From Flaccisagitta enflata (lineage: Eukaryota): a DNA stretch of 64,000 nt. The stretch is from NCBI GenBank assembly GCA_965153355.1, contig OZ231126.1, positions 26,598,001 through 26,662,000 of the forward strand, in the 5' to 3' direction. This document shows, in pieces, positions 15,145-28,955 of this stretch. The notes beneath the pieces were generated by a model. It saw only the letters and a list, made by a program, of their open reading frames with translations, searched no databases and was not told the DNA's origin. Numbering within the stretch: position 1 is the first letter of the stretch; every line of letters starts with the position of its first letter. A program made the position numbers and the translations under genes.

Positions 15145-15145
15145 T

Positions 15146-15369
<224 letters not shown>

Positions 15370-15993
15370 CATAAGATAAAGAAGGAAAAAAGAAAGAAGG
15401 TGGAGCAAGGAAGAAATGCGGATGGTGGGAGGAGCAAAACGTTCAAATGTAGAAGCGAGAAAGAGGAAGGCAGCAGGGAAGGGGGTGGGGCAGGGGGAGG
15501 AGGTGGAGAAAAGGGAGATCATCCAAAGTTAAAGGAAGCTGTTAATAGGCATGACAGGAAAAGTGGATGAACGTAATTTATGTAAAATCACATTCTATGC
15601 GGTAAAATGTCGTTTTGACGGAATGAACAAGTGACGCGGGGTCACAATATCTTTGCGGAAAGGTGGGCCAGGGGCGTCCAACCCCCATCTACACCCCACC
15701 CCCCACGCTCATACACAAATGGCATCTGAAACGCGCGTTTTCCCACTCTTTGACTCATGCTGATGGACCAACAGACCAACGAACTAATCGACCAACGGAC
15801 CAACGGAGTAACAGACCGACGGACTATCTTATACTTTTCGGGTGCAACAGAATAAGTAGAAGACTAGAGATAGAGGAAAGTTGATTCGCGCTTTTCCATT
15901 TTTCCCGTTCAGTGGCAAAAAAAGTTAATATGGAGGTCAGCTACTCTAGAGTAACTGATCCACTCCCATTCTGGAATTTCATAGAAATCCTTG

Positions 15994-16873
15994 TTTTGGG
16001 CAGCGGCCCCGAAGGGGACGAAGTCCTGTAGAACACAGGGCAGCTAGGAGGCCTACGATCCTAAGACTCCTAGGTTTTGGACCTAGGAGTCTTAGGATCT
16101 TAGGTTTCCTAGGTGCACTTAAAAAGTGTAAACTGTCTTTTTCTTTACTTCCCAAAAGGCGCTGCTCCAATTTTGATCTTTTTTCTTGTAGTTCGGTCTC
16201 TTGAGATGTTTTGATGATACAATAAGAAATCTCCATCGCCACTCACCTATTGGTGCCTTAGAAACATTATTTTCTACGAACGTAGGTTTCCTAGGAAAAC
16301 GAGTGCCAAGAGAAGATCACTAAATATCGTTGACACTCTATTTCTTAGAAAACCTAACTAAGATCGTAAGTCTTTTTAAGGACAAAAAACGTTGAGTTAC
16401 AATATCGACGCAAACAGGTGGGCAGGGGCGTCCTACCCGCATCAACACCCCATCCCCAACTCCAACCCCCCCTCCCCCACACAGGCATCTAGAACGCTCG
16501 TTTTACTATCTTTGACTCAACCATTACAGACGGATCAACCGACGGACCGACAGATGGACAAAGCTCTGAGTCGCTAATCCGCGACTAAAAAAAGTGACAG
16601 AGGTTACAATATCGTCGCGGACAGGCGGGCTGGGGCATCCACAACCCTGCGCCCATCTACCATCCCCTCTCTCTCCCATCCCATGTCTCTCTCTGCTACT
16701 TGTCAACGCCGCTAGGTCAGGTTTGTAAAAGCCAGTGTACGCCCGCAGCTTCGATAGGAAGCTCAGTATCTATGTTGGTCGGGACCTTTAATAGCAACCT
16801 GAGTAACTATCTGTGTGCATACGAGTTTTTGAGTCTTAAAGCGCGTATGTGTGCCTGTGGGGGGGGGCGGGGG

Positions 16874-16952
<79 letters not shown>

Positions 16953-17010
16953 AAAATTGATAGGACGCATCTGCAGGTCAATCTACGGCCTTCTTCACAT
17001 GCGGGGGATG

Positions 17011-17105
<95 letters not shown>

Positions 17106-18243
17106 TGCTCGATCTCGCTCGATTTTACCCAATCAAATAAAAACGCCACGGACGGACGGACAGATGGACCAACGGATGGACAGAGCCTATAATAGAGATG
17201 CGAGGACGCATCTAAAAACCTGACTGAACAACCTAATGTGTTATCCGCGCAGCATTCTTTTGATAGTTGCCGTCAAAAATGCAAAACTGGTTTTTGGAGG
17301 AGGTGTAACGGACATGGGTACAGACAGGCCGACCGACGTACGGACATACAACCTCTTGTAGCGATGCAAAATTGAACAGCAATGACTTTTTTTTGTTGAC
17401 ACGCAATTTCCTAGAAAACCTAGATTTGTAAGTAAAATACCAAGCATCAGCAGATCTCTTTCTCCGTTAACACTTCAAATCTTAGGAAACCTAGGATTGT
17501 AAGAAAAAGGTATTTTAGCCAGTTTATGGAGGAGTGGCGATGGATTTTTTTTCATGTGTTAAAAAATCATCCCAAGAGAGCGTTTCACACCAAAAATGAT
17601 AAGTATTGGAGCAGCGCCTTTTTGGTAGTAAAGAAAAAGAGAACTTTTGCTTTCTAAATGCGCCTAGGAAACCTAGGTTCCTAAGACTCCTACGTCCAAA
17701 ACCTAGGAGTCTTAGGATCGTAGGCCTCCTAGCTGCAGGGGGACTTTTGTTCATCCGTTCCTCCATCCGTTCATCCGTCTGTTCGTTGTTTGTCCCCCCC
17801 CCTTCCAGATTAGGCCTCAAATCAGGCCCCAAATCAGGCCTCCTAGGCCTCAAATAAGGCCTCTTAGGCCTCAAATCAGGACTCTTGGGCCTCAAATCGG
17901 GCCTTCTAGGCCTCTCGGGCCTCAAATCAGGCCTCCTAGGCCTCTCAGGCCTCTTAGGCCTCCCAGACCCCAGATCAGGCCTCTCAGGCTTCAAACCCGG
18001 CCTCTCAGCCCTTGCAAACCTCTTAAGCCTTAAATCAGCCATTTAAGCTTCAAATTAGCCCTCTCAGGCTTCGAATCAGTCCCTTTAGGCCTTTCAGGCA
18101 GTACGAACAAAAGTCCCCCTGTGTTCTACAGCACTTCGTCCCCTTTGGGGCCGCTGTACTGCTTCCCCTCACTCAAATTCACAATTATGCAAAGCAGAGC
18201 AATGGGTATCGCTGACCACATATTGCCCTTGGGCAAGTGGTTT
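15994..18243 (+). mobile_element. HINE-like family B element split by a 1.7-kb TIR insertion
   Basis: TTTT-GGGCAGCGGCCCCGAAGGGGACGAAGTCCTGTAGAACACAGGG at the left; its inverted copy at ~18112-18157; internal GGCCTC-rich repeats; tail ..gggtatcgctgaccacatattgcccttggg. Confidence 0.75.
16041..17735. mobile_element. TIR element with ~205-bp TIRs and 5-bp TSD (CAGGG), containing further HINE copies
   Basis: caggg|CAGCTAGGAGGCCTACGATCCTAAGACTCC ... GGAGTCTTAGGATCGTAGGCCTCCTAGCTG|caggg. Excision restores the family-B sequence gaacacagggggacttt. Confidence 0.88.
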
Positions 18244-18798
18244 CGTTCTTCGTTCTTCCGCCCGTCCACCTTTTGACTTAACCAAAATCATAAACAAGTT
18301 TCTGCTCTGGCTTTTTAGTCGCGTGCTACTCCGGTATGTTGGTCGGTATGTTGGTCGGTATGTCGGTCGGTCGGTCGGTCGGTTGGTTGGTCGGTCGGTT
18401 GATTGGTCGGTTGCTTAAATTTCTCCTTCTCTTCCTCCGTCCGCCCACACCCTTCGTGGGTTAAATCCCAGGTTTTTGGCTCAAATCCCAGCCCCCAGGC
18501 TAAATCCCTACCTCATGACTCAAATTCCCACCTTAAGGCTAATATCTCCATCTTGAGGATCAAATCCTTGTCTCAAGGCTCAAAACCTAGGTTTTAAGCT
18601 CAAACCTCATCTTCCAGGCTAATATTTCCGCTTCCATGCTCAAGTCCCAGTCTCAATTTTCTACTCCAAGTTTCTATTTTCAAATCCAAGCAGAGCATCG
18701 GTCACTCCGTCGACTCGTTGCTACCGTTGCTACCACATCATACTCTGACTTCGGAGCAACGAGTACCGCTGACCATCTGACGCTTTTCTGACTATTTA

Positions 18799-19398
18799 CA
18801 GTACGATGGGAGCAAAGACGACCTAGACTGGAGGATAGATTTTAGGTATCTTAATTTTATTTGATTTATGAAAAAAATTAAGATCTATGTTAATCAAAGG
18901 TTGTTTTATTGCTTGAATATATTTGCTTCTCTCATTCTTCAACTTGTGACTTAACTTCATCAGGACTTCATTTTTCAATGTTCTAACCTAGGTCATTATA
19001 TTAGGCAGAAAATTTTACATAATTTATAAAAAATGATCAGCTCAATCAGACTGATTTAAATTTTGCTCAATCAGTTTTGCTCAATCAGACTGATTTAAGA
19101 TTTGCTCAGATATTAATTTACATAATTATTCTGTTTGAAAAATAGCGGTAAAACCTATAAAAATAGTCCGATTGAGCTGATTTTTTTAAAAGTTATTTAA
19201 AAATTTTTGCCTAATCTGATCGGCTAGGTTAAAGCGTTGAAAAATGAAGTCCTGATGATGTCAAGTCACAAATTGAAGAATGAGAGAAACTAATATATTC
19301 AAGCAATAAAGCAACTTTTAATTAGCATAGATCCTAATAAAATTAAGATACCTAAAATCTATCCTCCATTCCGGTTCGTCTTTGCTCCCATCATACTG
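18799..19398. mobile_element. Palindromic (foldback) MITE, TA TSD, Tc1/mariner-type CAGT termini
   Basis: TA|CAGTACGATGGGAGCAAAGACG ... CGTCTTTGCTCCCATCATACTG|TA; arms pair almost to the centre. Confidence 0.88.
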
Positions 19399-22290
19399 TA
19401 CTCTGTCGGCGTTTTTTAGCTTTTTGAGCTCGCTGCTCCTGCCCAGATTCCCAAGTGGCCTTCTCCACCACTGTCCCTGCCCACCCACACGCGACTGCCG
19501 TAGCCGTGTATCTGGCCTTGTTTCATTTTTAACGTCTTGGCGTCCATGAGCTATAGTGAACTGTAACTGTAACGTTAGTAAGGCTTTCGAAGGTCGCAGG
19601 ATCGATTTCCGTCTGCGTTCTAGCTCAGACGTGGTATTGCTAACGTAGCGTGCCTGGTTTGGTTGAAACGCGGTGGAAACAGACAATGCATCGACACGGC
19701 ATTGATACAAAATGATACAGTGGCATGGTCCAATGTGGTGGATCGCATGGCCTCTCCAAAAATCAGATGACGATTCAAGCTCAACAAGCCCGGGTGGGCT
19801 CCCTCGTTTATCAGCAACAACTGTAAGACTTGCATACGCGAGCCTGTCAAAATAGAAGTCAGTAATGGAATCAAGCAAGAGAACGTAGGGAACAGAGACT
19901 AAATACTTTTGTCGGCAGCTTGATGGAAAAAAAATCAACCCCTCTTTCATAGAATAAAAATGTTTCTTTAAAGCTAACATGTTTGTCTGTATTATGCAAA
20001 TGAACATTATGCGCGATACACCTGGTAATCTGTAATAAAAAAATGTGAGATTAGTACCCGAGCAATACCTGAGCATACCCGAGCATACCCAAGAAATACC
20101 CTAGCAATACCCGAGCAATACCCAATATGTCCCATTAAGCGCCCCAAACTTCGACTATGGCTTCCACCAATCTTTCCACAGTTGAGGCTTGGTAAAAAAA
20201 TATTCCATGCAAAATTTTGGGCCTCTCAGAGAGCAGGAATCTTCGTTAGGCTGAGGTTGAAGTTTGCATTGAATTTGCATTGGAATCAATATTTCTATTA
20301 TGCAAATTTTCTTTCTGCGATAGATTTCTATGGAAACTTCATGGTCTCCCTAACGAAGGTTCCTCCTACTAACAGCTCTCAGGATCATGCAAAAATCATG
20401 ATCTCTTACCGTCCATTCTGTACTAGACCAATTTTGGGGTGGGGAACGCACTCAGACCATCAAAATTAGTCTCAGAACAATATTTCGATCCCCATCGGCT
20501 ACCTGAAGGGCCCCGATCGAGCATTTTTGGCTATTTTTAGCTATTTTTTGCTGTAACTAGCATGTCAGGCGTGCTACATTGATATCATACTCGTTGCAGA
20601 CCTTGTTTGAGATGGTAAACTTGATTCCTCTATCCAAAATAGTGTTAGAGCAACTTATCAGGACAAAAGAGCCCCTAAATGGGCCCCGAACGTGCATTTT
20701 TCAGTTATTTTTTCACATAACTAGCATGTCAGGTGAGCAAAATGGAATTCCTGCAAATGGTAGGCCTAAATTTAGATGCCGAACTTGATTCCACAGTCAA
20801 AAAAAGCATTTGAGCACCATATCATAGTGAAACAGCCCCTAAGAGGGCCCCGAACGAGCTTTATGTTTCTTTATCTACAGATTCGGACGGATTTGTAAAT
20901 GCTTTGTCACTTTCCAAGGAACCCCCCCCCCCAGCCCAAACGGATCATCATAAAGACTTGAAATTTGGCATGTACTCTCATCTTAGACCTAATCGTGGGG
21001 CCATCGAGGCGATTTTTGATAAGTTGCCCCAAAGCAGATTTATGGGGCAGGGGTGGGGGTACCCCTGGGGGGCAAAAATGTAAAAAAACATTTCTTCGAT
21101 TTTTTTTCATTTTTTTGACTTGGTTACTTGTTTCGGTGTCTTTAGCACCAGACTAAAGCATTATTTTGTTTTTTCCTTCATTAGAATGCAATATTAGGCT
21201 ATTTCAAACATGATAAGTCACATTTCCAGGTTTTTGGCAAATTTCAAAGCTTGAAAATCAGGCGTTGAGCATAGCAAGTCCGGAACTCATCTGCTGCCTC
21301 CAGAAACAGTGCATTAGCTCTTTGTCTTCATAAAATACCATTTCCACGCAACTCCATAATCAATAAGAGGCTTTGTCTGTCTGTCGGTCTGTTTGCCCAT
21401 TGGTCCGTGAGCACGAGTCAAAAAATGGAGAAACGAGTGTTTTGGATGGTTCTGTGCATGTAGGGAAAGTGGGGTGGGGGTTGGACACCCCTGCCCACCC
21501 GTCCGCAACAATATTGTGACCAGTGTCAGCGGTTATCCCATCATTAGCACCAAACAATTCAAGCGGCTTGCCAACTGATGAATCAGAAAATAAAATGACC
21601 TTTTGCCTCACCCAAATGTAAGAGCGAGTTAGGATTTCAGTCTAATAGTCGCATTTGGTCAAACAAGGCCGGATATAGGGTACACAGCTACTGTAGTCAT
21701 GTGCGGGTAAGCAAGGGCTATATTTGAGGTTATTACCGATTTGGGCCGGAGCAGTGGGACCAAAGACTGTAGACACAAAAAAAGTGTGATGGATTGACGG
21801 AGTGATGGTCGAAGTAGGGTGAAGTCGCGTAGCATGCAACTAAAATTGATCCATCGTACTTAAGAGAACTTGATACGCTGTCACCCTAAAAAGTTGTCAC
21901 CCTGACCAGGGCCTGATAAGTTGTTACCCCGCTGATATTAGAAAGTCAAAACCAAAAGCTGATGGCAAAACCATTTTCATTTTTTACTGTTTTTCCTTCA
22001 TGGTGTATTGAGTGCAAATTGTCATACAACTTGGAAATGCAAAATTGATTACAAACACGCGAATTTTCGATCGAGACATCGACCATCATCAGGCTATAGA
22101 AAGATTAGTTGTATGACAATTTGCACTCAATACACCATGCCCGTTCTACAACAGTCAAGTAACTTCCATTCTCAACTGTTTTTCCATCATCAAAATTAAA
22201 GATAGTTACATCTTAAGAATGCAATCGAAGCTTAACTTCAGCCCTCTGGTTAGGGCACTGCCCCTGCCCCAGAACCGAAGTTAAAGTTGC

Positions 22291-22372
<82 letters not shown>

Positions 22373-22818
22373 GACAGGTTTTGTTGCCTGCGACGCGTTT
22401 TGTCGGGATGCTAAATCTACGATTTTCTTGTCCATAATGCAATAAAACAGTTGTTTTAGGTAAAAATAGTGTTAAATATTGTTAAACTAATCAGGATTTA
22501 TGATTTGGTCTTGCCAAAAGTAATGTTTTCCTTTTCTTGTTTTTGTTTTTTTTTTAAGGCGCGTCCTCGCTTTTCTGTAAGAGGTCATGTTTGTTTGTCG
22601 TCGGTTGGTCGGTTGGTATAGTTCGCTCGGTCACTCAAATGTTTGAGATGTGCAAAACGGCCGATTCATTCGTTTTTACATAACATGCTGTGACTTGGCC
22701 TTGCTTCTCCCACCTACCTTTTCATTACATACAGGTCGGATTGTCGTATCACTGTGTTTGTTTCCCCATGACTTTAATCTTATGCTTTCATTGCAGGCGT
22801 GTATAAAGTTGAGCAGTA

Positions 22819-23534
22819 CAGACGAAGCATTAATTTAGCGTGTGGCGGCGCCAAAAGTTTTAGCCACCCCCCCTACAGCCAATTTGGCCTCATCAATTTT
22901 CAAACTGAAAGTGGTTTTGAACAGTTTGGGAGATTTGATGCAGCGCCACCGAGGCGATTTTTGGCTTTTTATTTAGAACCCCCAAATTGACCCCCCCTTA
23001 ACCCCCAAAATGACCACCCCATCAAGAGCCAAAAAATCGCAAATTTTTTTTTTTGATTTTTGTAAAATTTTTTGTTGGTTAGTGTTATATGATGTCTGTA
23101 TTGACTATGATTAACGATTTTTTGGTCTGTTGTGATTTTTTTATGTGAAAAAAAAAGTGTTTTAAAATCACATTTTCAATTTTCACTTTTTCAAAAAGAA
23201 ATTTTTACATGAAAAATTGCAAAACAAACCAAAAAATTGTTAATTATAGTTCATACAGGCATCATATAACACTGACCAACAAAATAATTGACAAAATTCA
23301 AGAAAAAATTTTTTTCGATTTTTTGGCTGTTGGCGGGTTGGTTATTTTGGGGGTTAAGGGGGGTCAATTTGGGGGTTCTAGCTAAAAATCCAAAAATTGC
23401 CTCAGTGGCGCCATATCAAATCCCCTGAAGTGTTCAAAACCACTTTCAGTTAGAAAATTGATGAGGCCAAATAGGCTGTAGGGGGGTGGCTAAAATTTTT
23501 GACGCCGCCACACGCTAAATTAGTGCTCCGTCTG
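22819..23534. mobile_element. Palindromic MITE (CAGAC termini), related to 53913-54319
   Basis: CAGACGAAGCATTAATTTAGCGTGTGGCGGCG ... CGCCGCCACACGCTAAATTAGTGCTCCGTCTG. Confidence 0.85.
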
Positions 23535-23671
23535 AATTTGATTTCTTCTCTCCCCCCCCCTTTGGCGCTTATTATTCCGTTACCCTCGGTTGGTCGAAGA
23601 ACTTTGCATCTCTACCCCATAGAGAATGAATATGGTAAAACTTGAGTCAAAGTAGTATCAAATTAAGTTTA

Positions 23672-23997
23672 CAGGGGTGTATATTCTTGAGTCGCTTTTG
23701 ATTTTTTCCCCCCCCCTGCCTTTGATTTTCTTCCCCGCGACGCGTCGCATCACGTTTTTATATCCATGATTTTCTTACCCATATAGCAATAAAACTATGT
23801 ACTTAAGGTTTAAATAGTGTTAAAATGTGTTTTACTAATTGAGTTTTATGATTTGGTACTGTAAAAAGTTATATTTTCCCCAAATTTCCTTTTTTTCTCT
23901 TTTTTCCCCCTTGGATTTCCTTCCCCATCTCCAGACCCTTTGATTTTCCCCCGCCCCCCCACCGGGGGGGGGGAAAACTCAAGAATATACAGGCCTG
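23672..23997. mobile_element. hAT-like MITE
   Basis: TIR CAGGGGTGTATATTCTTGAGT / ACTCAAGAATATACAGGCCTG; 8-bp flanks taagttta / ttagttta (7/8 match). Confidence 0.75.
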
Positions 23998-24062
23998 TTA
24001 GTTTAAGTAATCTTATTTCAACTTTCGGTATTACCAAGAGAGTTATATCTTCAAAATTTTTC

Positions 24063-24286
24063 TTTTTAGTCGCTGGGTATGCGACTCTATAATGGGGTGT
24101 GCATGTGTCCATTGGTAGGAAGGTCTGAAGGTGATGCGATGTTTGAGATGGCGCGAAATAGGTTGAAATAGCCACATTGTAGCCCCAACCTGTCCCATAC
24201 TGCCTCTGCCCACCCACATTACTACCACTGCCCACCACCAAGCACCAGCCATACACGACCATTGATCGTGTATCTGGCCTGTTTTT
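24063..24286 (+). mobile_element. HINE-like element, family A
   Basis: ttttagtcgctgggtatgcgactc .. cgtgtatctggcctgttttt. Confidence 0.7.
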
Positions 24287-26886
24287 AGCTATTGAATTTT
24301 TTACTCCATTTCCAAACCCTTTGATTTTACTCCCCCTCTCCCCCACGGGGGGGGGAAGATACTTAACAGTATACGCGTCTGTTTCATTGTAAGAAATCTT
24401 TTATCTTTTAATCGATGGATACAATTGCGTTTGCTGTTTAACACATGTGCAAAAATTAGGCGGAAAAGGATTGTTTGAGTACAGATTAAGTGTAACAACT
24501 GCTGTCAAAACCCATAAAACTCCCTCACATGGAATAATGTGCCTTATTTCATGAATTTGGAAGATTGAGCACGGCTTTAATGTCCTGCGAACCTTGTTTT
24601 ATTGTGATTTCCCAGTAAATCCTCAAGGGCAACAATTTCAGAAATGAATTTTTTCTTCATTTTATTCAACTGCATGTTGTTCAGGTTTGAACATTTTATG
24701 GGGCAAATGCGCACTTCTAGAGTCAGTTTACTTTTTGATACTCTACACAAATTAAAATTCTTTGTAAGTCTCGGTTTTGACATTGTCCCTCCTAGGGAGC
24801 ATTAATCATGATTACAATTAGTAAGTTGGGTTAAAATGAGTTTTCCTAATACCTAAGACACTAATCTAAGCTGCTAAGTCGAAAAAATGAAAAAAATCGG
24901 AAAAAAATTTTTTTTGACATTTTTGCCCCCCAGGGGTACCCCCACCCCTGCCCCATAAATCTGCTTTGGGGCAACTTATCAAAAATCGCCTCGATGGCCC
25001 CACAATTAAGCCTAAGATAAGTGTCCATGCCAAATTTCAAGTCTTTATGATGATCCGTTTGGGTTGTAGGGGGGGGTACCTTAGAAGGTGACACAAAGCA
25101 TTTACAAATCCGTCCGAATTCATTTGCTAACTGATTGAGGGAGAATACACTATAAAATAGATAAAGCCTCTTGAAATAGTGTAAAATTACCACAAAGCGC
25201 AGGGAGGTTGAAATCCATGCCCTTTAAATGATTATTGAAATCAGATGTAGCATTTTTTCGCTCATAAACATGAAAAATCAACAAAAAATGCCAAAATGCT
25301 CGATCGGGGCCCTTAAAATGGCTTTTGGGTCACTTAAACTTAATTTTGTACCATTTCTTTTCTCAGATTTGGGCTTCTCACTTCCAAAAGAGGTATTTTA
25401 CAGCAGGGACCGCTCGTTTCTCCCCTCAAGACACAACCAATCCCAAAAAATCACGAAAAACACAAAAAATGTTCGTTCGGGGCCCTTCAGATAGCCGATG
25501 GGGATCGAAATATTGTTCTGAGCCCATTTTTGACGATCTGAGTGAATTCCCCACCCCAAAATTAGTCTAATACGGAATGGACGGTAAGAGATCATGATTT
25601 TTGCATGATCCTGAGATCCTCCTACCCCAGAGGCCTGAAAATTTACATGAGATATTTTTTTACCAAGCCTCGTCTATGGTAAGATTGATGAGAGCCAGTG
25701 TTTAACTTTGGGGCGTTTTCATTGACGTGATACCCAAGCAATACCCAAGCAATACACAAGCAATACCCGAGCAATCCCCGAGCATACCCGAGCATACCTG
25801 AGCGATAAAGCGATAAAGCGATAAAGCGATAAAGTGATAAAGCAATAAAGCAATACCAAAGTAATACCCGGGCATACCCAAGCATACCCGAGAAATACCC
25901 GAGCAATACCTAAGCAATACCCAAGCAATGCCCGAGCATACCCGAGTATACCCCGGGTTTTAATCTCACCTCAGATTACGTAGTGCGATAGCTTCTAGGT
26001 GTGGATTCACGTTAGAATGCACGTGCATGCACGATGGCGATGTCAGGGTTACATATATGAACACATATGTCTATGCGCCTGAGCAGTCACCGATTGGATA
26101 TTGACAAAAACATCGAAATATCAAAGTGTTACTGATTGACTGACGGACCGACTGACATGGTGGGTTATTAGCAAGATAGGTGTATTAAACAAACACATTT
26201 GACAATATTCTAAGCTAGCCACAAGAAAAAGTAAATTTGCTTTGTCATGTCAGAGAGTCTCCAATATTCCTGCAAACTCAACACCCTTACATTTCCCACT
26301 CCAAGACCAAGACTATCGTTCCAAAATAGCGAGAGAATGATACTGTGTGGAATGTGAAGGGACGTAAGAAGCCAACGCATGGGGGAAAAAGAAAGGAATT
26401 AGAACGAGAAGGAAAAAAAGAGAATAAAGAAAGAATGAAGGGAGGGAAAGAAAGAAAGAAAGCAAGCTAGAAGGGAAAAAAAAGCAAAGAAAAAGAATAA
26501 AGAGAGGAGGGAGAAAAAAGAAAGCTGGAAAGAAAGGTGATTGTGAAATTTCGGTCGGTTGCACGTCGGCGAATTCCATCCCCTTAAGCAGAGCGTGAAT
26601 TGTTTGCGCCGAATTAAAAATTCCCAAATCCCCTTAAATCTCCTCCCTTTCTTTCTGTCCCTTTTTCTTATTTTGCAGCCTCCTCCTCTTCCTCTTTCCT
26701 CCTTCTACCTCTCTCTCCTCTTCCTCCACTCCCTCCTCCTCTTCATCTTGGATGCCACGCGATAGACGAAGCTTCGATCCGAGTTTCGTCAGATGGCACT
26801 TCCTTCCTAAGCAAAGCTTTGAGACTCAACTTGGTTTGCCTCAAATATGGGCATCCCATGCATGCATGCAAATTTACGGAAAGAGA

Positions 26887-26953
<67 letters not shown>

Positions 26954-26972
26954 AGTGACTAAAGCTCATTCA

Positions 26973-27029
<57 letters not shown>

Positions 27030-28955
27030 TACATATAAGACACTTTTAAGAGATGCAGAGAGAGTGGTAAGAAACACAAATTCAGACACACACACACACA
27101 CACACACACACATTCATAATAGTCATTCATGACACGATCGATTTTGAATTTGTTTTGACGCAGTTTCATGAGAGTCGTGAGAGGTCGCCATCCATGGCAG
27201 TAATAACCCGGCAAAATTATTTGAATGAAATAAAAGACAAATCTACCAATTTGACAAAAGGTTTGGATAAAGCCTCACTTTCCAGGTAACTAGAGTTAGA
27301 TGGCGAATTCTAAGTCTTGTGCCCTCACTAAAAGGACATATGTTTGATAATCAAATATAAACTATAAACTAAGAGGAAGCCTCTTTCTTTTTTCTTTGCC
27401 CGTGATTAGTTTTTTAAAAGATTCAAAATATCTTTTCAAATATTCTAATAACCGGATCTCTTCCTATCCCGAAGCCCCCAACTCAAAGGGGAATATCAGC
27501 CCCTCGCTACAACCATGCGTTATTACGGTAATCAGCCAAATGAGCATTTAGTATTATGATACTACCCAGGAAAAAAAGTTTGGCGACACCTTTTACATGG
27601 ATATCTCAACTTCTGAAAAAGCTACAAACTTTAAAAAAACAAAACAAATTAATCTTCTTCAAAAAATCCTCATAATGGTACCAGGTCGAATCTGGTCTCT
27701 GCAGCTCAAACCGTTTAGAAATGGCAAGCAAAACTTTTGTTGCAAAAGAATAGGATCAGCCATTTCCAGAAATAGAAAGATGAATAAGAGATTTAGATTC
27801 CGCTTTAACTTAGGATATTTCAACCTCTAGATAAGCTAGAAACTTACTTTCGTCGAAAAATCTATGAGATGAGCATAGTCTGGTTTTTTAAGGCTCAATT
27901 CGTTTAGAAATGGCAAACAAACGGTCAAATTTCCGCTACCCCAAAACCCAAAGCACTGTTTTTAGATAAGCTCTTGACAGAAGAATCTAATATTCACTAA
28001 AACAAGGCTTTTTATGTTTGGAATAGGTCGCACTATGAAAATCTATCATGAATTCAAAGTTTTTTTCAAACAAAAAGGGATTTTAGTGAGATTTTGGCAA
28101 TTTTCGCCCAAAAGCTCATTTGCAAATTGTCGGTATTGTTGGTTATCATTCAGCCAATATTCATCATAAATGCATGAAAATTGGTGGGGAGGTGTATATA
28201 GATGAGATCTAACATTCCTTGATGTCTTTTGATGATTTTTTTTTTTCATCAAGGCTCATTTCTTCAAATTTCTACATTTTATTAAGCATTTAAAGCGTCT
28301 TAACGTTCACCAGATGATATCTTAACTGTGAAAAGGGCATATTTTTTTTTTTTTTTTTTTCTTTTTTGTGAAAATCACTAACCAGTGTGCTCAATTCATC
28401 TCATTTGGGTTTCATCTGTAAAAATCTATTTAGCTATTGTTTATAGTCGCATACTGAAACCACCAGCATCAATCATCATCCATCCATCCCTTTTAGGCAG
28501 TGGTTTGAGGCGATTTTGTCAGTTTCTGTTTGCCCCCCGCCCACCTCAAACAGGCCCCCCAGATCCCAAATCAAGCCTCTCAGACCCCAAATCAGACCTC
28601 TAGGACCTCAAATTAGGCCTCTCAAATCCCAAATCAGAACTCTCATACCCCCAAATTGGTCTTCCCAGACTCTAAATCAGGTTTCTCAGACATTAAATCA
28701 GGCCTCTCAAACCCGACTCAGGCCTCTCAAATCACAAATCAAACCCCTCAGACCCTAGATCAAGCGGACAAAAATAAACACTTTTGATTGACTAATTTTG
28801 CTCATAATTTTCAAGGAAACTAAGTGAAATCTAAGGTCATTTGAAAGCCCTTTGAAATTCCTTTCTTTTGATAGCGATCTGGTATTGCCATCTTTCTTTG
28901 TTTAGAAATGGCATTAGTTTGAATAAACACATTGCCCAGTTTCGCAATCCTTATA

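Larger units (their letters stand above)
20126..25729. mobile_element. Large foldback element with ~0.9-1-kb imperfect arms (20126-21160 / 24860-25729) and nested insertions
   Basis: 20380-20520 is the reverse complement of 25475-25615, and 20880-21120 of 24880-25120. Inserted in an ATACCCGAGCA-repeat element (~20023-25980) related to 2213-2459. Confidence 0.8.
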
